A stretch of 64,000 nt of DNA. Origin: Bordetella parapertussis. GTDB taxonomy: Bacteria; Pseudomonadota; Gammaproteobacteria; Burkholderiales; SG8-41. Within the stretch, counting starts at the first letter, position 1. Every line of letters starts with the position of its first letter. The position numbers were made by a program, and so were the translations under genes. The stretch spans positions 4,849 through 68,848 of the forward strand of contig CAMDRT010000010.1 in the NCBI GenBank assembly GCA_945906815.1, given 5' to 3'. The notes under the pieces are model-generated. The model made no database searches, was not told the DNA's origin, and saw only the letters and a program-made list of their open reading frames with translations. Below, piece by piece: positions 27,520-38,237 of this stretch.

Positions 27520-28692
27520 ATGGCAAGCATTGATCAGTGCTACAACATTTTTGATCTGCGCGAGGGTGCGAAGCGTCGCCTGCCCAAGGGGATCTTCGAG
27601 TACGTCGATAAGGGTACTGAGGACGGGATTTCGCTCGAGGAAAACCGGGCGGCGTTTCAGCGCCTTAAACTGCACACGCACTTTCTCAACGATTGGTCAA
27701 CGCGCGACCTTGGCACCGAGATCTTCGGCAAGCGCATCAACCTGCCGTTCGGGATCGCGCCTACGGGCAGCGCTGGACTGATGTGGTATCAAGGCGAGGT
27801 GGAACTGGCGAGGGCCGCTGCCGCGGCGGGCATTCCCGTTACGCTGGCCATGGGAGCGCTGACCTCGATGGAGGAAGTCACGAGGGCGGTGCCCGATGCG
27901 CGCAAGTGGTTCCAGCTTTATCCCTGGGAGGATGAGGCGGGCAACTACGAAATGGTCACGCGTGCGCGCGACCTGGGTTGGGAAGCTCTGGTGGTTACGA
28001 TAGACCACGCGCCGGGCCGTGGGCGCGAACACAATGAGCGCAACGGTTTCTCCTTTCCGTTCCAGCCCAATGTGACGGCGGCGGTGGACATGATGATGCA
28101 TCCCGGCTGGATGTGGCGCGTGATGCGCAAGTACCTCATGAACGAAGGCATGCCTACCAACGCCAATTACCCTGAGCGCTACCGCTTTTCGGTCATCGAC
28201 GGCAAGAAGCGCATGCGTCCGCAGCGATTCGAGGCGATGACCTGGGAACATATCAGGAAATTCCGCGACTTCTGGCCGCGCAAGCTCATCGTCAAAAGCA
28301 TACTGAGCGGTGATCAGGCGCGGGCCGCCGTCGATGCGGGCGCCGATGCCGTGGTGGTGTCAAATCACGGCGGACGCGCCTTCGACAGCGCCATAGCGAC
28401 CATAGACATACTGCCGGAGATCGTGGCGGCGGTCGGCGACCGCTGCACGGTCATACTCGACAGCGGCATTCGCCGCGGCAGCGACATCGTCAAAGCGTTG
28501 GCCCTAGGCGCCCAGATGGTGTTGGTCGGCAGGGCGACGCTTTACGGCACGGCCTGCGGCGGGCAGGCGGGCGCCGCGCGGGCCATCAAGATACTTTCTG
28601 ATGAAATGGAGCGCTCCTTCGGCTATGTGGGGGCGCGGCGGGTTGCCGAAATCGGCCCGCATATCTTCGCGCCTAGCAACCTCGGGAAGTAA
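27520..28692 (+). CDS. FMN-dependent alpha-hydroxy acid dehydrogenase/oxidase (LldD/glycolate oxidase family)
   Basis: 390 aa. RLPKGIFEYVDKGTEDGISL.EN..AF, VVSNHGGR and DSGIRRGSDIVKALALGA. Confidence 0.85.
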   Translation: MASIDQCYNIFDLREGAKRRLPKGIFEYVDKGTEDGISLEENRAAFQRLKLHTHFLNDWSTRDLGTEIFGKRINLPFGIAPTGSAGLMWYQGEVELARAAAAAGIPVTLAMGALTSMEEVTRAVPDARKWFQLYPWEDEAGNYEMVTRARDLGWEALVVTIDHAPGRGREHNERNGFSFPFQPNVTAAVDMMMHPGWMWRVMRKYLMNEGMPTNANYPERYRFSVIDGKKRMRPQRFEAMTWEHIRKFRDFWPRKLIVKSILSGDQARAAVDAGADAVVVSNHGGRAFDSAIATIDILPEIVAAVGDRCTVILDSGIRRGSDIVKALALGAQMVLVGRATLYGTACGGQAGAARAIKILSDEMERSFGYVGARRVAEIGPHIFAPSNLGK

Positions 28693-29550
28693 TCAGCCCG
28701 CCTGCCGCATTACGGCCGCCAGTTTATCGAGCGTGGCGAGTGTCTTGTCCTTGTCCTCCGAGGCAATGGAGAAGACCACGCGCTCGATGCCGGCGTCGCG
28801 GAAACGTTTCAGGGTGTCAGGCTCGGCCGGCGGGTTGAAAGTCGTAATCGGGATCGCTGCCGGATCGCGCCCCGCCGCTGTTGCCATCTCACGAAACGCC
28901 GGCAAGTGCTCAAGGATGTCGCTCCCCCCATACTCGGGACGCGTCGCGTGCGGAATCCAGCCGTCGCCGAACGCGATGGCGCGCCGCGCACCGTACGGAT
29001 ACATGCCGCCGACGATCACTGGCAGCGGCTTTTGTAGCGGCTTTGGCCAGCTCATCATAGGGCCGAACTTGACGTGGGTCCCGTTGAATTCCGCTTTTGG
29101 CCGGGTCCAGATCTCGCGCATGGCCCGCACGCGTTCCTCCATCAGCTTGAAGCGGCCCTTGAAATCGCTGGTGCCGTGGTTAGCCATCTCGTCTTCGTTC
29201 CAGCCGGCGCCGATGCCAAAGAGAAAGCGGCCCTTGGAGATCTGGTCAAGGCTCGCCACCGACTTCGCGGTCTGGATGGGATCGCGCTGCACGACCAGGC
29301 AGATGCCGGTGCCAACCTTAAGCTGCTTCGTCACCGCAGCAGCCGCCGCCAGCGTCACGAAGGGGTCCATCACATCGTAGTATTTCTTCGGCAAGTCGCC
29401 TCCCTGCGGGTAGGGCGATTTGCGGGTCAGCGGAATGTGGCTGTGCTCCGGCGCCCACAGGCTTTCAAAGCCGCGCTCCTCGAGCGCGGTGCCGATCTCG
29501 ACTGGTCCGATCGAATAATCCGTAAAGAAAATCGCAACGCCGTAGTTCAT
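28693..29550 (-). CDS. LLM-class (luciferase-like) oxidoreductase, F420-type subfamily by pattern
   Basis: 285 aa. FESLWAPEHSHIP, GTGICLVVQRDPI..AK..ASLD..S.GRF.FGIGAGW. Confidence 0.7.
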   Translation of the reverse strand: MNYGVAIFFTDYSIGPVEIGTALEERGFESLWAPEHSHIPLTRKSPYPQGGDLPKKYYDVMDPFVTLAAAAAVTKQLKVGTGICLVVQRDPIQTAKSVASLDQISKGRFLFGIGAGWNEDEMANHGTSDFKGRFKLMEERVRAMREIWTRPKAEFNGTHVKFGPMMSWPKPLQKPLPVIVGGMYPYGARRAIAFGDGWIPHATRPEYGGSDILEHLPAFREMATAAGRDPAAIPITTFNPPAEPDTLKRFRDAGIERVVFSIASEDKDKTLATLDKLAAVMRQAG

Positions 29551-29562
29551 GTGTTTGCTCCT

Positions 29563-30483
29563 TCAGTCCATCGTCATCGGTTGCGCCGTGCCCTGAGCGG
29601 CGAAAATAGAGCGATAGCCGACCTGGTCCCAGCGCGGCGGCAGGCGCGCCGGATACGGCTCCATGTGGACGTGCAAAGGCTCCTCGCCGCGCACCAGCAC
29701 GCCTGTGCGCGTGGTGGGCGCTGGCGCCGGCGTGAGCGGCAGCGTGTCGGCCGCGGAGTACACGTTAAGGAGCAGCGGGCGAAAACGCGACGAGTAGTTG
29801 ATGGCCGAGCCGTGTACGACGCGGCAGTCGATCAGCACTACCGTGCCGGCCGGCCCGCACATATCGGTGCCGCGGTCGGTCGGCAGGGTCGCTGCATCGC
29901 GCGCTGAAAGCGCTCCGCTCCAGCGGCCGCTGTCGTCGAACTGCTCGAATAGCGGCCCGCGGTGCGTGCCAGGTAGCGCCGTGAGCGGGCCCTGCTCGGC
30001 GCTGGTGTCGTCGAGGTAGACGCCGAAGGTGAGCACGCTAAAGCTGGTGTGCGGCCATGCCTGGATGTCCTGGTGCCAGCGCACCGCGTCACCCCCGTCC
30101 GACCACTTGAAGTTCAGCTTCGAACTGTGGAAGCGCACATCCGGGCCGAGTACGTCCGCCACCAGATCGACCACCGTCGGATCCTGCGCGAACGCCCACA
30201 GCTCGGGATGCTGATCCACGGCTTTGCGCAGACGGCGGATGTTCGGCTTAGCGGCGCAGTGATCCGGCGCCAGGTCGAACTGATCATCGGAGGCCGAGAG
30301 CGCCCGTGACGCCTCGACCTTGGTGGCGACAACGGCACGCAGCCGCGCTAGCCACGCGGCGCCGATGTAGCCTGGCACAGTCAAAAAGCCGTCCTCAAAG
30401 TAGCGCTCGCGCGCCCGCTGATCCAGCACCAGCGGGGCCCGCTTCAGTACCCGTTCCTCGATCATCGCGAACCTCTTCTCCAT
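29563..30483 (-). CDS. phytanoyl-CoA dioxygenase (PhyH) family Fe(II)/2OG oxygenase
   Basis: 306 aa. YFEDGFL, WHQD (H-x-D), PGTH and VHGS motifs. Confidence 0.75.
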   Translation of the reverse strand: MEKRFAMIEERVLKRAPLVLDQRARERYFEDGFLTVPGYIGAAWLARLRAVVATKVEASRALSASDDQFDLAPDHCAAKPNIRRLRKAVDQHPELWAFAQDPTVVDLVADVLGPDVRFHSSKLNFKWSDGGDAVRWHQDIQAWPHTSFSVLTFGVYLDDTSAEQGPLTALPGTHRGPLFEQFDDSGRWSGALSARDAATLPTDRGTDMCGPAGTVVLIDCRVVHGSAINYSSRFRPLLLNVYSAADTLPLTPAPAPTTRTGVLVRGEEPLHVHMEPYPARLPPRWDQVGYRSIFAAQGTAQPMTMD

Positions 30484-30734
30484 TGCAGTGGATCAGCGCG
30501 TCATTGCGTACCGATGGCGAGCGATCCTGGCCGCCGGCAAGCATGGCCTTTCCCCAGAAGCATCTTGCCATATTTTCACTGTGATCGCTTGATGACAGGC
30601 ACATGGGAAGGGAGGCAGCAGTGTCATCAGCGGCCGCGGCCTGCGCGTCAAGCTGGACAGGCAGGCCCGCCGTCTGTCACAGTATCCGCATCGCTACATT
30701 CAGATTTCTGTTTGCCTGTAGAGGAAGGTGAGAC

Positions 30735-31208
30735 ATGGCAGTTATCAAGACGCTAGGGCTCGATCACGTCGTTCTCAGGGTTGCGGATATTCCGCGCGCG
30801 TGCGCATGGTATGCGGCCGTGCTGGGCTGCAAAGTCGAGCGGGTGCTGCCCAGCCTCGGGCTGACCCAGCTACGCGCGGGCGCGAGTCTGATCGATTTGG
30901 TCGATGTGAGCGGGCCGGCCGGAAAGCCAGGCGGCGCAGCGGCAGCATCGAAGCGACGTAACATGGATCATTACTGTGTGCAGCTTGCCGAATTTTCAGA
31001 GAAGAAAATCATCGCTTATCTGCAACGAAAAGGCATCGAGCCCGGTAAAGTCGCGCGCCGCTATGGCGCACTGGGTCACGGTCCTTCGCTGTATCTGACC
31101 GATCCGGACGGAAACACCGTCGAGCTCAAGGGGCCACCCGATGCAGACCAAACCGAGAAAATACCGGATGCGATCTTGCCCGCGCGACGACGCAAGAAGA
31201 ATTCCTGA
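30735..31208 (+). CDS. VOC (glyoxalase/bleomycin-resistance/dioxygenase) family protein
   Basis: 157 aa. LDHVVLRV.D......WY..VLG and ...YL.DPDGN.VEL. Confidence 0.75.
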   Translation: MAVIKTLGLDHVVLRVADIPRACAWYAAVLGCKVERVLPSLGLTQLRAGASLIDLVDVSGPAGKPGGAAAASKRRNMDHYCVQLAEFSEKKIIAYLQRKGIEPGKVARRYGALGHGPSLYLTDPDGNTVELKGPPDADQTEKIPDAILPARRRKKNS

Positions 31209-31337
31209 CTCACGCCTGACTCACGCCTTGCAAAAGGTGGATGATTGCGGAAGAATCATCAAGCCTACGCCGCCCTCTCATTCCACACTCATGCCACGTC
31301 CTCCACAACTTTCGAGCACAACCCCCGGCCATCCCCT

Positions 31338-32081
31338 ATGGAAGATACGCTCGTGAGCGCGCCACGCCTCGCGCTCCCCCAGACTTCGTTCACGGATGCG
31401 TTGTGGGTATCGATTGCGCCGATCTACGCTACCATCCTGCGCCACCCGTTCATCGTGGGGCTAACCGACGGATCGCTGTCGCGCGAGCGCTTCGAGTTCT
31501 ACGCGGTCCAGGACGCGCTCTACCTGCGTGAGTTCGCCCGGGCGCTCGCGATTGCCGGGGCACGCGCGCCGAAGGATGACTGGATCGTGATGCTGGCCGA
31601 ACACGCAGCGGGCGCGCTCCGCGTCGAGCGCACGCTCCACGAAGGCTTCTTCCGCGAGTTCGGGCTGACCGCGCAAGCTGCGGTCGCCACGCCGCTCGCG
31701 CCAACCACCAGCGCGTACACTAACTATCTGCTCGCGGTCGCCTACGGGGCACCCTTTCATGAGGCGCTGGCTGCGCTACTGCCTTGCTACTGGATCTACT
31801 GGGAGGTCGGTAAGGAGCTGGCGCGTGCCGGTTCTCCGAATCCGCTGTACGCACGCTGGATCGGCACCTACGGCTCTGCTGAGTTTGGCGCCGTTGTGGG
31901 TGCGGTACTTGAGGCGACTAACGAGGTCGCCGCCCAGGTGGGTGACGCCGAGCGCGCGGCGATGCGCCGCCATTTCCGTGCGACCAGCCGTTACGAGTGG
32001 CTGTTCTGGGACATGGGCTACCGCTGTGAGCAGTGGCCATTCGATAATGCGCCGTCTTCACTGTCAACGATAGCCTCATGA
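31338..32081 (+). CDS. tenA: thiaminase II / aminopyrimidine aminohydrolase
   Basis: HPF..GL.DGSL....[18 protein letters not shown] and YEWLFWDM motifs. Start at ATG 31338 chosen over the longer ORF. Confidence 0.8.
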   Translation: MEDTLVSAPRLALPQTSFTDALWVSIAPIYATILRHPFIVGLTDGSLSRERFEFYAVQDALYLREFARALAIAGARAPKDDWIVMLAEHAAGALRVERTLHEGFFREFGLTAQAAVATPLAPTTSAYTNYLLAVAYGAPFHEALAALLPCYWIYWEVGKELARAGSPNPLYARWIGTYGSAEFGAVVGAVLEATNEVAAQVGDAERAAMRRHFRATSRYEWLFWDMGYRCEQWPFDNAPSSLSTIAS

Positions 32082-32908
32082 CCCGCTCCGACACTCGCCC
32101 CCTGAGTGTCCTCACCATCGCCGGCTCTGACTCCGGCGGCGGTGCGGGCATCCAGGCCGACCTGAAAACCTTTGCGGCGCACGGCGTGCACGGTGTGTGC
32201 GCGATTGCTGCGCTCACAGCGCAGCACACGCGTGGGGTGATGGCCGTGCACGTGCCCTCTGTGGCCTTCCTGCGTGCGCAGATTGACGCCTGCTTCGACG
32301 ATTTTCGTATCAGTGTGGTCAAGCTCGGCATGCTTGCTAACATCGAAGTGATCACCGCGGTTGCCGATGCGCTGGAGCACCACCAGCCGTCGCATATCGT
32401 GCTCGACCCGGTGATGGTGGCGACCAGCGGCGCGCGGCTGCTGGAAGCCGATGCGCTGGACGCGTTGTGCGCGCGGCTCATCCCACTGGCGACGATCCTC
32501 ACGCCGAACATTCCCGAAGCGGAGTTGTTGCTCGGCCATCCCATCGCTGACGATGCGGCCGCGGATGCCGCTTTGGCCGAACTGTTGGCGCGGGGTGCGC
32601 GTGCGATGTTGCTGAAAGGGGGCCACTTGCAGGGTTCAGCCGCAATGATCGATCGTTATTACGACGGCCACACACGAGCGGGATTTGCCCACGAGCGTCT
32701 CGACGTCGAAGGCCATGGCACCGGCTGCACTCTCGCCGCGGCGATCGCGGCCCAGCTGTGCCTAGGTATGCCGTTGCGCGCCGCCTGCGAGGCCGCGACG
32801 GATTACGTGCATGGCGCGCTGCGCCACGCCACGCGTCCGGGCCGCAGTCTGATGGCGGTGCTCGATCACTTCTGGCAGTCACCCGTGGTCCCGCCGATCT
32901 CCGGCTGA
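32078..32908 (+). CDS. thiD: hydroxymethylpyrimidine/phosphomethylpyrimidine kinase
   Basis: [40 protein letters not shown] and GTGCTL. ATGA overlap with tenA. Confidence 0.9.
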   Translation: MTRSDTRPLSVLTIAGSDSGGGAGIQADLKTFAAHGVHGVCAIAALTAQHTRGVMAVHVPSVAFLRAQIDACFDDFRISVVKLGMLANIEVITAVADALEHHQPSHIVLDPVMVATSGARLLEADALDALCARLIPLATILTPNIPEAELLLGHPIADDAAADAALAELLARGARAMLLKGGHLQGSAAMIDRYYDGHTRAGFAHERLDVEGHGTGCTLAAAIAAQLCLGMPLRAACEAATDYVHGALRHATRPGRSLMAVLDHFWQSPVVPPISG

Positions 32909-32962
32909 CCACCTTGTGCGCGGTGCTGTTGGATGTAGTGCGTAGGGATAGTTCGCTGCCGC

Positions 32963-34003
32963 TCAGTCGATCTTAATGGCGGCCGCTGCAACGACGCGCT
33001 GCCACTTTGCGATTTCGCCGCGAACGTATTCTGCGAATTGCTCCGGCGTATTCGCCACCACCTTGCTGCCGCTCGCTTCGATGTTGGCGCGCACCTGCGG
33101 GCTTTCCGTCAAGACCGTTGCGATCTCCTTATGCAGTCTGCGCACTAGGATTTCGGACGTGCCCGCGCGCACGGCGATACCGTTCCAGGATGCCGATTCG
33201 AAACCCGGATAGCCTGATTCCGCGACCGTTCTGGTATCCGGCAGCACACGGGAGCGCTCGAGCGAAGTCACCGCCAGCGCACGCAGCCGCCCCGATTTTA
33301 TGTGCGGCAGCAGGCTGATCGGCGGAAACAAGGCAATCGCAACCTGACCCGCGACCAGATCGATGGTGCCCGGCGCATCCCCTTTGTAGGGGACGTGCAG
33401 GAGCTTCATGCCGGTCACGCTGCTCAGATATTCGGCGTTGAGATGGGCCCCGGTGCCATACCCCGGCGACGCATAGCTGATCGATGCGGGTTTCGCGTGT
33501 GCGAGTTTTACCAACTGCGGTAAGGCGTGCGCAGGCAGCGAGGGATGAGCCGCAAGCACATAAGGCAGCGTGGCGATCTGCGTTACCAGAGCGAAGTCTT
33601 TCAGCGGGTCATAACTTGGCTTTGTCTGCACCAGCGGTTGTACCGCAAGCGTGCTGATGGTGGCGAAGGCGAGCGTGTAGCCATCGGGCGGGAGCTTGAG
33701 CACCGCTTCGGCACCGATGAGACCGCCGGCACCCGGGCGATTCTCGACTACGACCAACTGTCCCAGGGGTTTGGTCACTTCGCGGGCGACCAGACGCGCA
33801 ATGGTATCGGTGGTGCCGCCGGCTGCGAACGGGACCACGAGGCGCAGCGTTTTCGAAGGGTAATCCTGTGCGCCGGCACTGGCGCATACCAGCACCGATG
33901 CCGTGAGACAGCGCAATGTCCGATAAGCAATGGCCCATAAGCGCGTAGCCTGCCCGCGACGCTGAGTGCTTTGGGTTTTACACTGGAGGGCTACGTCATT
34001 CAT
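32963..34003 (-). CDS. Bug family (TctC-like) substrate-binding protein
   Basis: YPSKTLRLVVPFAAGGTTD, ENRPGAGG, PDGYTL and HVPYKG. Confidence 0.85.
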   Translation of the reverse strand: MNDVALQCKTQSTQRRGQATRLWAIAYRTLRCLTASVLVCASAGAQDYPSKTLRLVVPFAAGGTTDTIARLVAREVTKPLGQLVVVENRPGAGGLIGAEAVLKLPPDGYTLAFATISTLAVQPLVQTKPSYDPLKDFALVTQIATLPYVLAAHPSLPAHALPQLVKLAHAKPASISYASPGYGTGAHLNAEYLSSVTGMKLLHVPYKGDAPGTIDLVAGQVAIALFPPISLLPHIKSGRLRALAVTSLERSRVLPDTRTVAESGYPGFESASWNGIAVRAGTSEILVRRLHKEIATVLTESPQVRANIEASGSKVVANTPEQFAEYVRGEIAKWQRVVAAAAIKID

Positions 34004-34308
34004 GGTAGAGGCGTGAACTCAGGAATTATGCGGCTGGTATAGGCCGAACTCTGAAGTGCGCTACCCTGCCGCGCAGGGTGTTGAACGAAAATTTATTATA
34101 AGTCAGAAACTACCCGTATAGCGGGCGGCCGGCGTTTCTTGTGGTCGGGCAGGTCCATGCCTGATGTCCAGGCCGATCACGGGCGCGGCACCACAGTAAG
34201 CGTCACCAGGCTATGTCGCGGGTGTGGAATGACATTGCCATGCGTTGACCGGCTTGGTGCGGGGAGGTAGAGTGCCTGCATAACAGTCCGCAGGGTTTCC
34301 ATAGCGCT

Positions 34309-35295
34309 ATGCAACCAGGGTTTGGCATCCCCAGACAGGCAGTCCTCGCCGCAATGCCATTACTGGCGGCGATGCCGCTGCACGTACTGGCACAGGACGC
34401 CTATCCCACCCGGCCGCTACGCATCATCGTGCCCTCCACGCCTGGTGGCGGCAGCGACATCAGCGCGCGCCTGATTGCGCAGGCATTCACCCAACGCTGG
34501 GGCCAGTCCGCGGTCGTGGAAAATCGTGCTGGTGCAGGCACCATCGTCGGCACCGATCTCGCCGCCAAGGCGCCGCGCGACGGCCACACGCTGTTGATGG
34601 CGCCGGGCGCTTTTGCCACCAACCCCTCGACCTATAAGAAACTACCGTTTGACCCAGTACGCGATTTCGTGCCGATCTCTCACGTGATGTCGATGCCGCA
34701 ATTGCTGGCAGTGCATCCCGCCGTACCAGCGAAAACCGTGCAGGCATTCATTGCGCTCGCCAAAGCGCGTCCGGGCCAGATTCATTACGCAGCAGCGGGG
34801 CACGGCACGTTGCCGCATCTGAGCATGGAATTGTTCGCCAACATGGCGCAGATACGCATGATCAACGTGCCCTACAAAGGCAACTTGGGCATTGTAGATC
34901 TGCTCGGCGGGCGTATTGATGCGACGGTGTCGAGCAGCATGTACGTGGTGCTGCCTCATGTGCGTTCTGGAAGGCTGCATGCGCTGGGCGTGACGGCCGC
35001 CGCGCGCATGCAGGCGCTGCCGGATGTGCCGACGATTGCCGAGGCAGGCGTACCTGGTTACGAAGCGCTGCAATGGGCGGGCTTGCTTGCGCCCACGGGG
35101 ACGCCGCGCGAAATCCTGCTCAAGCTGCACCAGGAGACGGTTGCTTACCTGCGCCGGCCAGAGACCATGGAGTACCTTGCCCGGGACGGCAATATCGTTG
35201 TCGCAAGTTCAGCGGAAGAATTCTCCGCTTTCATCAAAGCGGAAATTGCCAAATGGGCAAACGTCGTAAAAGCCGCTGGCATTCAGCCTGAGTGA
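34309..35295 (+). CDS. Bug family (TctC-like) substrate-binding protein
   Basis: YPTRPLRIIVPSTPGGGSD, ENRAGAGT, RDGHTLL and NVPYKG. Confidence 0.85.
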   Translation: MQPGFGIPRQAVLAAMPLLAAMPLHVLAQDAYPTRPLRIIVPSTPGGGSDISARLIAQAFTQRWGQSAVVENRAGAGTIVGTDLAAKAPRDGHTLLMAPGAFATNPSTYKKLPFDPVRDFVPISHVMSMPQLLAVHPAVPAKTVQAFIALAKARPGQIHYAAAGHGTLPHLSMELFANMAQIRMINVPYKGNLGIVDLLGGRIDATVSSSMYVVLPHVRSGRLHALGVTAAARMQALPDVPTIAEAGVPGYEALQWAGLLAPTGTPREILLKLHQETVAYLRRPETMEYLARDGNIVVASSAEEFSAFIKAEIAKWANVVKAAGIQPE

Positions 35296-35355
35296 TTGCG
35301 CTGGACCTTAAGTAGGGAATACCCTGCAACCGCTTAACACAGAGGAGTTTTTCCG

Positions 35356-36207
35356 ATGACGATCATTGATTCCCAGGTTCACGCGTATGCGGCGAACACG
35401 CCGCAACGGCCTTGGCACAATGTGCCGAATTGGCCCGCCCACGTCACGGGTGACGAGATGGTGGCGGCGATGGACAAGGTCGGCGTCGATGGTGCGATCT
35501 TCATCTCCGCCTTTTCGCTGTACCAGTACGACGCCAGCTATGCGCTGGAAGTGCAACGCGCCCATGCCGGCCGGCTCGCTCTCGTCAAGCCGGTCAATCC
35601 GGAGGATCCGGCGGTGGCCGAGACCATCGCCGACTGGAAGCAGACGCCGGGCACGGTCGGCATTCGCATCATGCTGAGGAAGGAAGTGGGGCGCGGCCTG
35701 AGCGACCCAAGCGACCCGGGCCTAGACCGCATCGCGCGCGCAGCCGTGCGGCATGACTTCCCGGTCAACCTGTCGTGCGCGGGCAACCTGGATGCGGTGC
35801 CGGCGCTGATCGACCGTCACCCCGACACGCGCTTCATCATCGACCATCTGGGCCTTGTGCAGCCGCGCACGCCGCCCGCCTCGCCGCAGCCCTGGGCCGA
35901 GTTATCGAAGCTGCTGGACCTCGCCAAGCGCCCGAACGCGGTGGTCAAGGTGAGCGGTGCTTGCACGCTGTCCAAGGCACCGTATCCCTTCCCGGACATC
36001 TGGGAGCCACTCGCGCGCGTGTTCGACGCCTGGGGTTTTGAGCGCTGCCTGTGGGGCACAGACTGGACCCGCGCCTACGCCGTCGTCAATTACGAACAAG
36101 CGGTCGAACCCTTCCGCCTGACCGACCAGCTGAGCGACAGTGAACGGGCGCTGCTGATGGGCGGCGCGTGCGCCAAGGCCTACGGCTGGTCGCCGCAGAA
36201 AGGCTAG
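35356..36207 (+). CDS. amidohydrolase family protein (amidohydrolase_2)
   Basis: MTIIDSQVHAY..., IIDHLG and WGTDW motifs. RBS GAGGAG upstream. Confidence 0.75.
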   Translation: MTIIDSQVHAYAANTPQRPWHNVPNWPAHVTGDEMVAAMDKVGVDGAIFISAFSLYQYDASYALEVQRAHAGRLALVKPVNPEDPAVAETIADWKQTPGTVGIRIMLRKEVGRGLSDPSDPGLDRIARAAVRHDFPVNLSCAGNLDAVPALIDRHPDTRFIIDHLGLVQPRTPPASPQPWAELSKLLDLAKRPNAVVKVSGACTLSKAPYPFPDIWEPLARVFDAWGFERCLWGTDWTRAYAVVNYEQAVEPFRLTDQLSDSERALLMGGACAKAYGWSPQKG

Positions 36208-37229
36208 CTCGCGGCGAACGCAGGCATCACTTCGCGCGCAAAGCGGCGCAGGCTGTGGCGGCCCCGTTCGCCGCCACCGGACCCGCCGCCGTTGAGCAGC
36301 AGATAGCCGGCGCCGGCCGCGTGTAGCGCCTCGATCTTGCGCGCGATTTCATCCGGCGGGCCGTAGATCGCACTGTTGAGGTTGATCTCGACCGGATCAC
36401 CGTCCGCGCGATCCGGTCCGCCGAGCACCCTGCCGTCGGGTGTCGTCGCCAGCTTCAGTTGCCGCAGCCGGTTAGCCAGCCGTCGTTCCAGCGCTTCCTC
36501 GCGTTCGCGCGCATTCTCGGTCACGTAGAAGGCGCGGGTCACACCCACGCGCAGCGGATCCCAGGTCTCGCCCTTGGCCTCCACCGCGCTGCGGAAGATT
36601 TCGATGTTGCGAGCCACATCGGCCGGCGAGGCGTATTGGCCCAGCAGCAGATTGAAGCCGCGGCGGGCGACATCGCGAATCGAGCTTTCGCTGCCGGCGC
36701 CCATCCACACTGCCGGATGCGGTCTGCGGAACGACTGCGGCTCGACGACGATGTCCTTGAAGTTCCAGAATTTTCCTTGGTGCGAGAAGCGTTCGTTCGA
36801 TGTCCAGGCCTTCAGGATGACGTCTATCGATTCCTCGAATTTCTCCCGCGCCTCGTTCATGGCGACGTCGAAGCCGACGAATTCGTTGTAGCGATAGCCG
36901 GTGCCGATACCGAAATCCAAGCGGCCGCCGGACAGCAGATCGAGCGTTGCCGCCTGTTCCGCCAACAACACCGGGTTGTGCCAGGGCAACACCATCACGG
37001 CGGTGCCGAGCCGTAGTGATTTCGTGCGCGCGCCCAACCAGGTCAGCAGATTCAGCGTCGCGGAAACCTGACCGTAGCCGGTGAAATGGTGCTCCACGCA
37101 GAACGTGCTGCGAAAGCCCAGTGCTTCGGCCTCGACGTTGTATTCCATCCAGTCGTGGTAGCCCTCTGTGCTGTCGAACTCGCCGCTGCCTCGTCGTGCC
37201 GAGGCGCTGCCGAACAATCCGAACTGCAT
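36204..37229 (-). CDS. LLM-class flavin-dependent oxidoreductase
   Basis: 341 aa. MQFGLF...FCVEHHFTGYG...LDLLSGGRLDFGIGTGY. Confidence 0.8.
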   Translation of the reverse strand: MQFGLFGSASARRGSGEFDSTEGYHDWMEYNVEAEALGFRSTFCVEHHFTGYGQVSATLNLLTWLGARTKSLRLGTAVMVLPWHNPVLLAEQAATLDLLSGGRLDFGIGTGYRYNEFVGFDVAMNEAREKFEESIDVILKAWTSNERFSHQGKFWNFKDIVVEPQSFRRPHPAVWMGAGSESSIRDVARRGFNLLLGQYASPADVARNIEIFRSAVEAKGETWDPLRVGVTRAFYVTENAREREEALERRLANRLRQLKLATTPDGRVLGGPDRADGDPVEINLNSAIYGPPDEIARKIEALHAAGAGYLLLNGGGSGGGERGRHSLRRFAREVMPAFAAS

Positions 37230-37420
37230 GAAACTCTCCTCAAAACTTTAGCGACACGCTGGGACCCCGTTGGGCCTTCAAGTCTTTGATTATCTCACCC
37301 TGACGCGGAATTGCTACCTTGCCGTAACAGCAGTCCACAAAGGCAAAGGCCTCGAAGCAGGAAGCGTTGTTCAAGCAAGTCGTAAAGTGCGTTGAGCGCC
37401 GCGAGACAAACCCGCTTTCC

Positions 37421-37816
37421 CTATCTCAGTAAACGCATGCCCGCTTTTGCCGCGGCCTTGTCAAAGGTCATCACTGCCGAACAACCTGCTGCGAGCGCCA
37501 ATTGCTCGACCAAGTTATCTGCGAAATCCGCCTTCGATCCCTCGAATTGCCGCAGGGCCTTCCATACGACTTCGGCTTGCTGGACGACCAGTTGCCGGAT
37601 GCTGAGCAGTCGCCGCACAATCTGTGCGATGTCAGTACGGGAGGCGCCGTAGCAACTTTCGCTGACCCAGGCCAATTCAACCAAGACGATCAGGCTGATA
37701 TAGCCCGGTGTTGATGGGCTGCATTCAGCTTCGATCAGGTGCGTTGCCAGCTTCGACTGGGCTGGATCATCCTGGGCGATGTAACGTACCAGAATATTGG
37801 TGTCGATGCCGATCAT
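37421..37816 (-). CDS. vapC: VapC-type PIN-domain toxin
   Basis: 131 aa. MIGIDTNILVRY (first acidic residue) plus later E/D residues (LVELAWV, ADFADNL). ATGA overlap with the antitoxin. Confidence 0.8.
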   Translation of the reverse strand: MIGIDTNILVRYIAQDDPAQSKLATHLIEAECSPSTPGYISLIVLVELAWVSESCYGASRTDIAQIVRRLLSIRQLVVQQAEVVWKALRQFEGSKADFADNLVEQLALAAGCSAVMTFDKAAAKAGMRLLR

Positions 37817-38055
37817 TGACGTCGAGCGGCCCGTTGCCGTACGGCCGCATTCATGGTGTCGACGCTCACCGGCCTAGTTGGCTTCAGCAGCAAGCCCTTT
37901 AACGAGCGAACATCGTCATTGGCAGGTTTGATCGCAAACCCCCCTTCAGCCAGCTCAACAAACTCAAGCCTATCGCCTGCTTCGATGCCCAGGCGATGTC
38001 GAATGTCGACTGGAATGGTGATCTGGCCCTTGCTCGTCAAAGTCGCTGTCGTCAT
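37813..38055 (-). CDS. vapB: AbrB/MazE/SpoVT-family antitoxin
   Basis: MTTATLTSKGQITIPVDIRHRLGIEAGDRLEF is the swapped-hairpin motif. Start at ATG 38055. Confidence 0.8.
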   Translation of the reverse strand: MTTATLTSKGQITIPVDIRHRLGIEAGDRLEFVELAEGGFAIKPANDDVRSLKGLLLKPTRPVSVDTMNAAVRQRAARRQ

Positions 38056-38079
38056 GGCGGGGCTCCGAAGTGTGATACA

Positions 38080-38097
38080 CCTTACTATACTGTAAGG
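38080..38097 (-). promoter_or_regulatory. candidate vapBC operator/-10 region
   Basis: CCTTAC-N6-GTAAGG inverted repeat. On the minus strand the centre contains TATAGT about 29 nt upstream of the vapB ATG. Confidence 0.35.
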
Positions 38098-38237
38098 CGG
38101 TTGTCGGATCAATCGCACGCGCGCAACAGTAGCGGACTTCTTAAAGGGGGAATTCAGGGTGGGGCGAGGCTTTCGGCCGCTCCGTGTGGTTGTATACAGT
38201 GCAGGTCACGGGTCGTCCACCTAAAGCAGGGGAAACC

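Noticed and set aside
31209-31337. TPP riboswitch expected upstream of tenA-thiD
   Set aside because: I could not find the conserved CTGAGA ... ACCTGATCTGGATAATGCCAGCG-like core in the leader. A covariance-model search would be needed to be certain.
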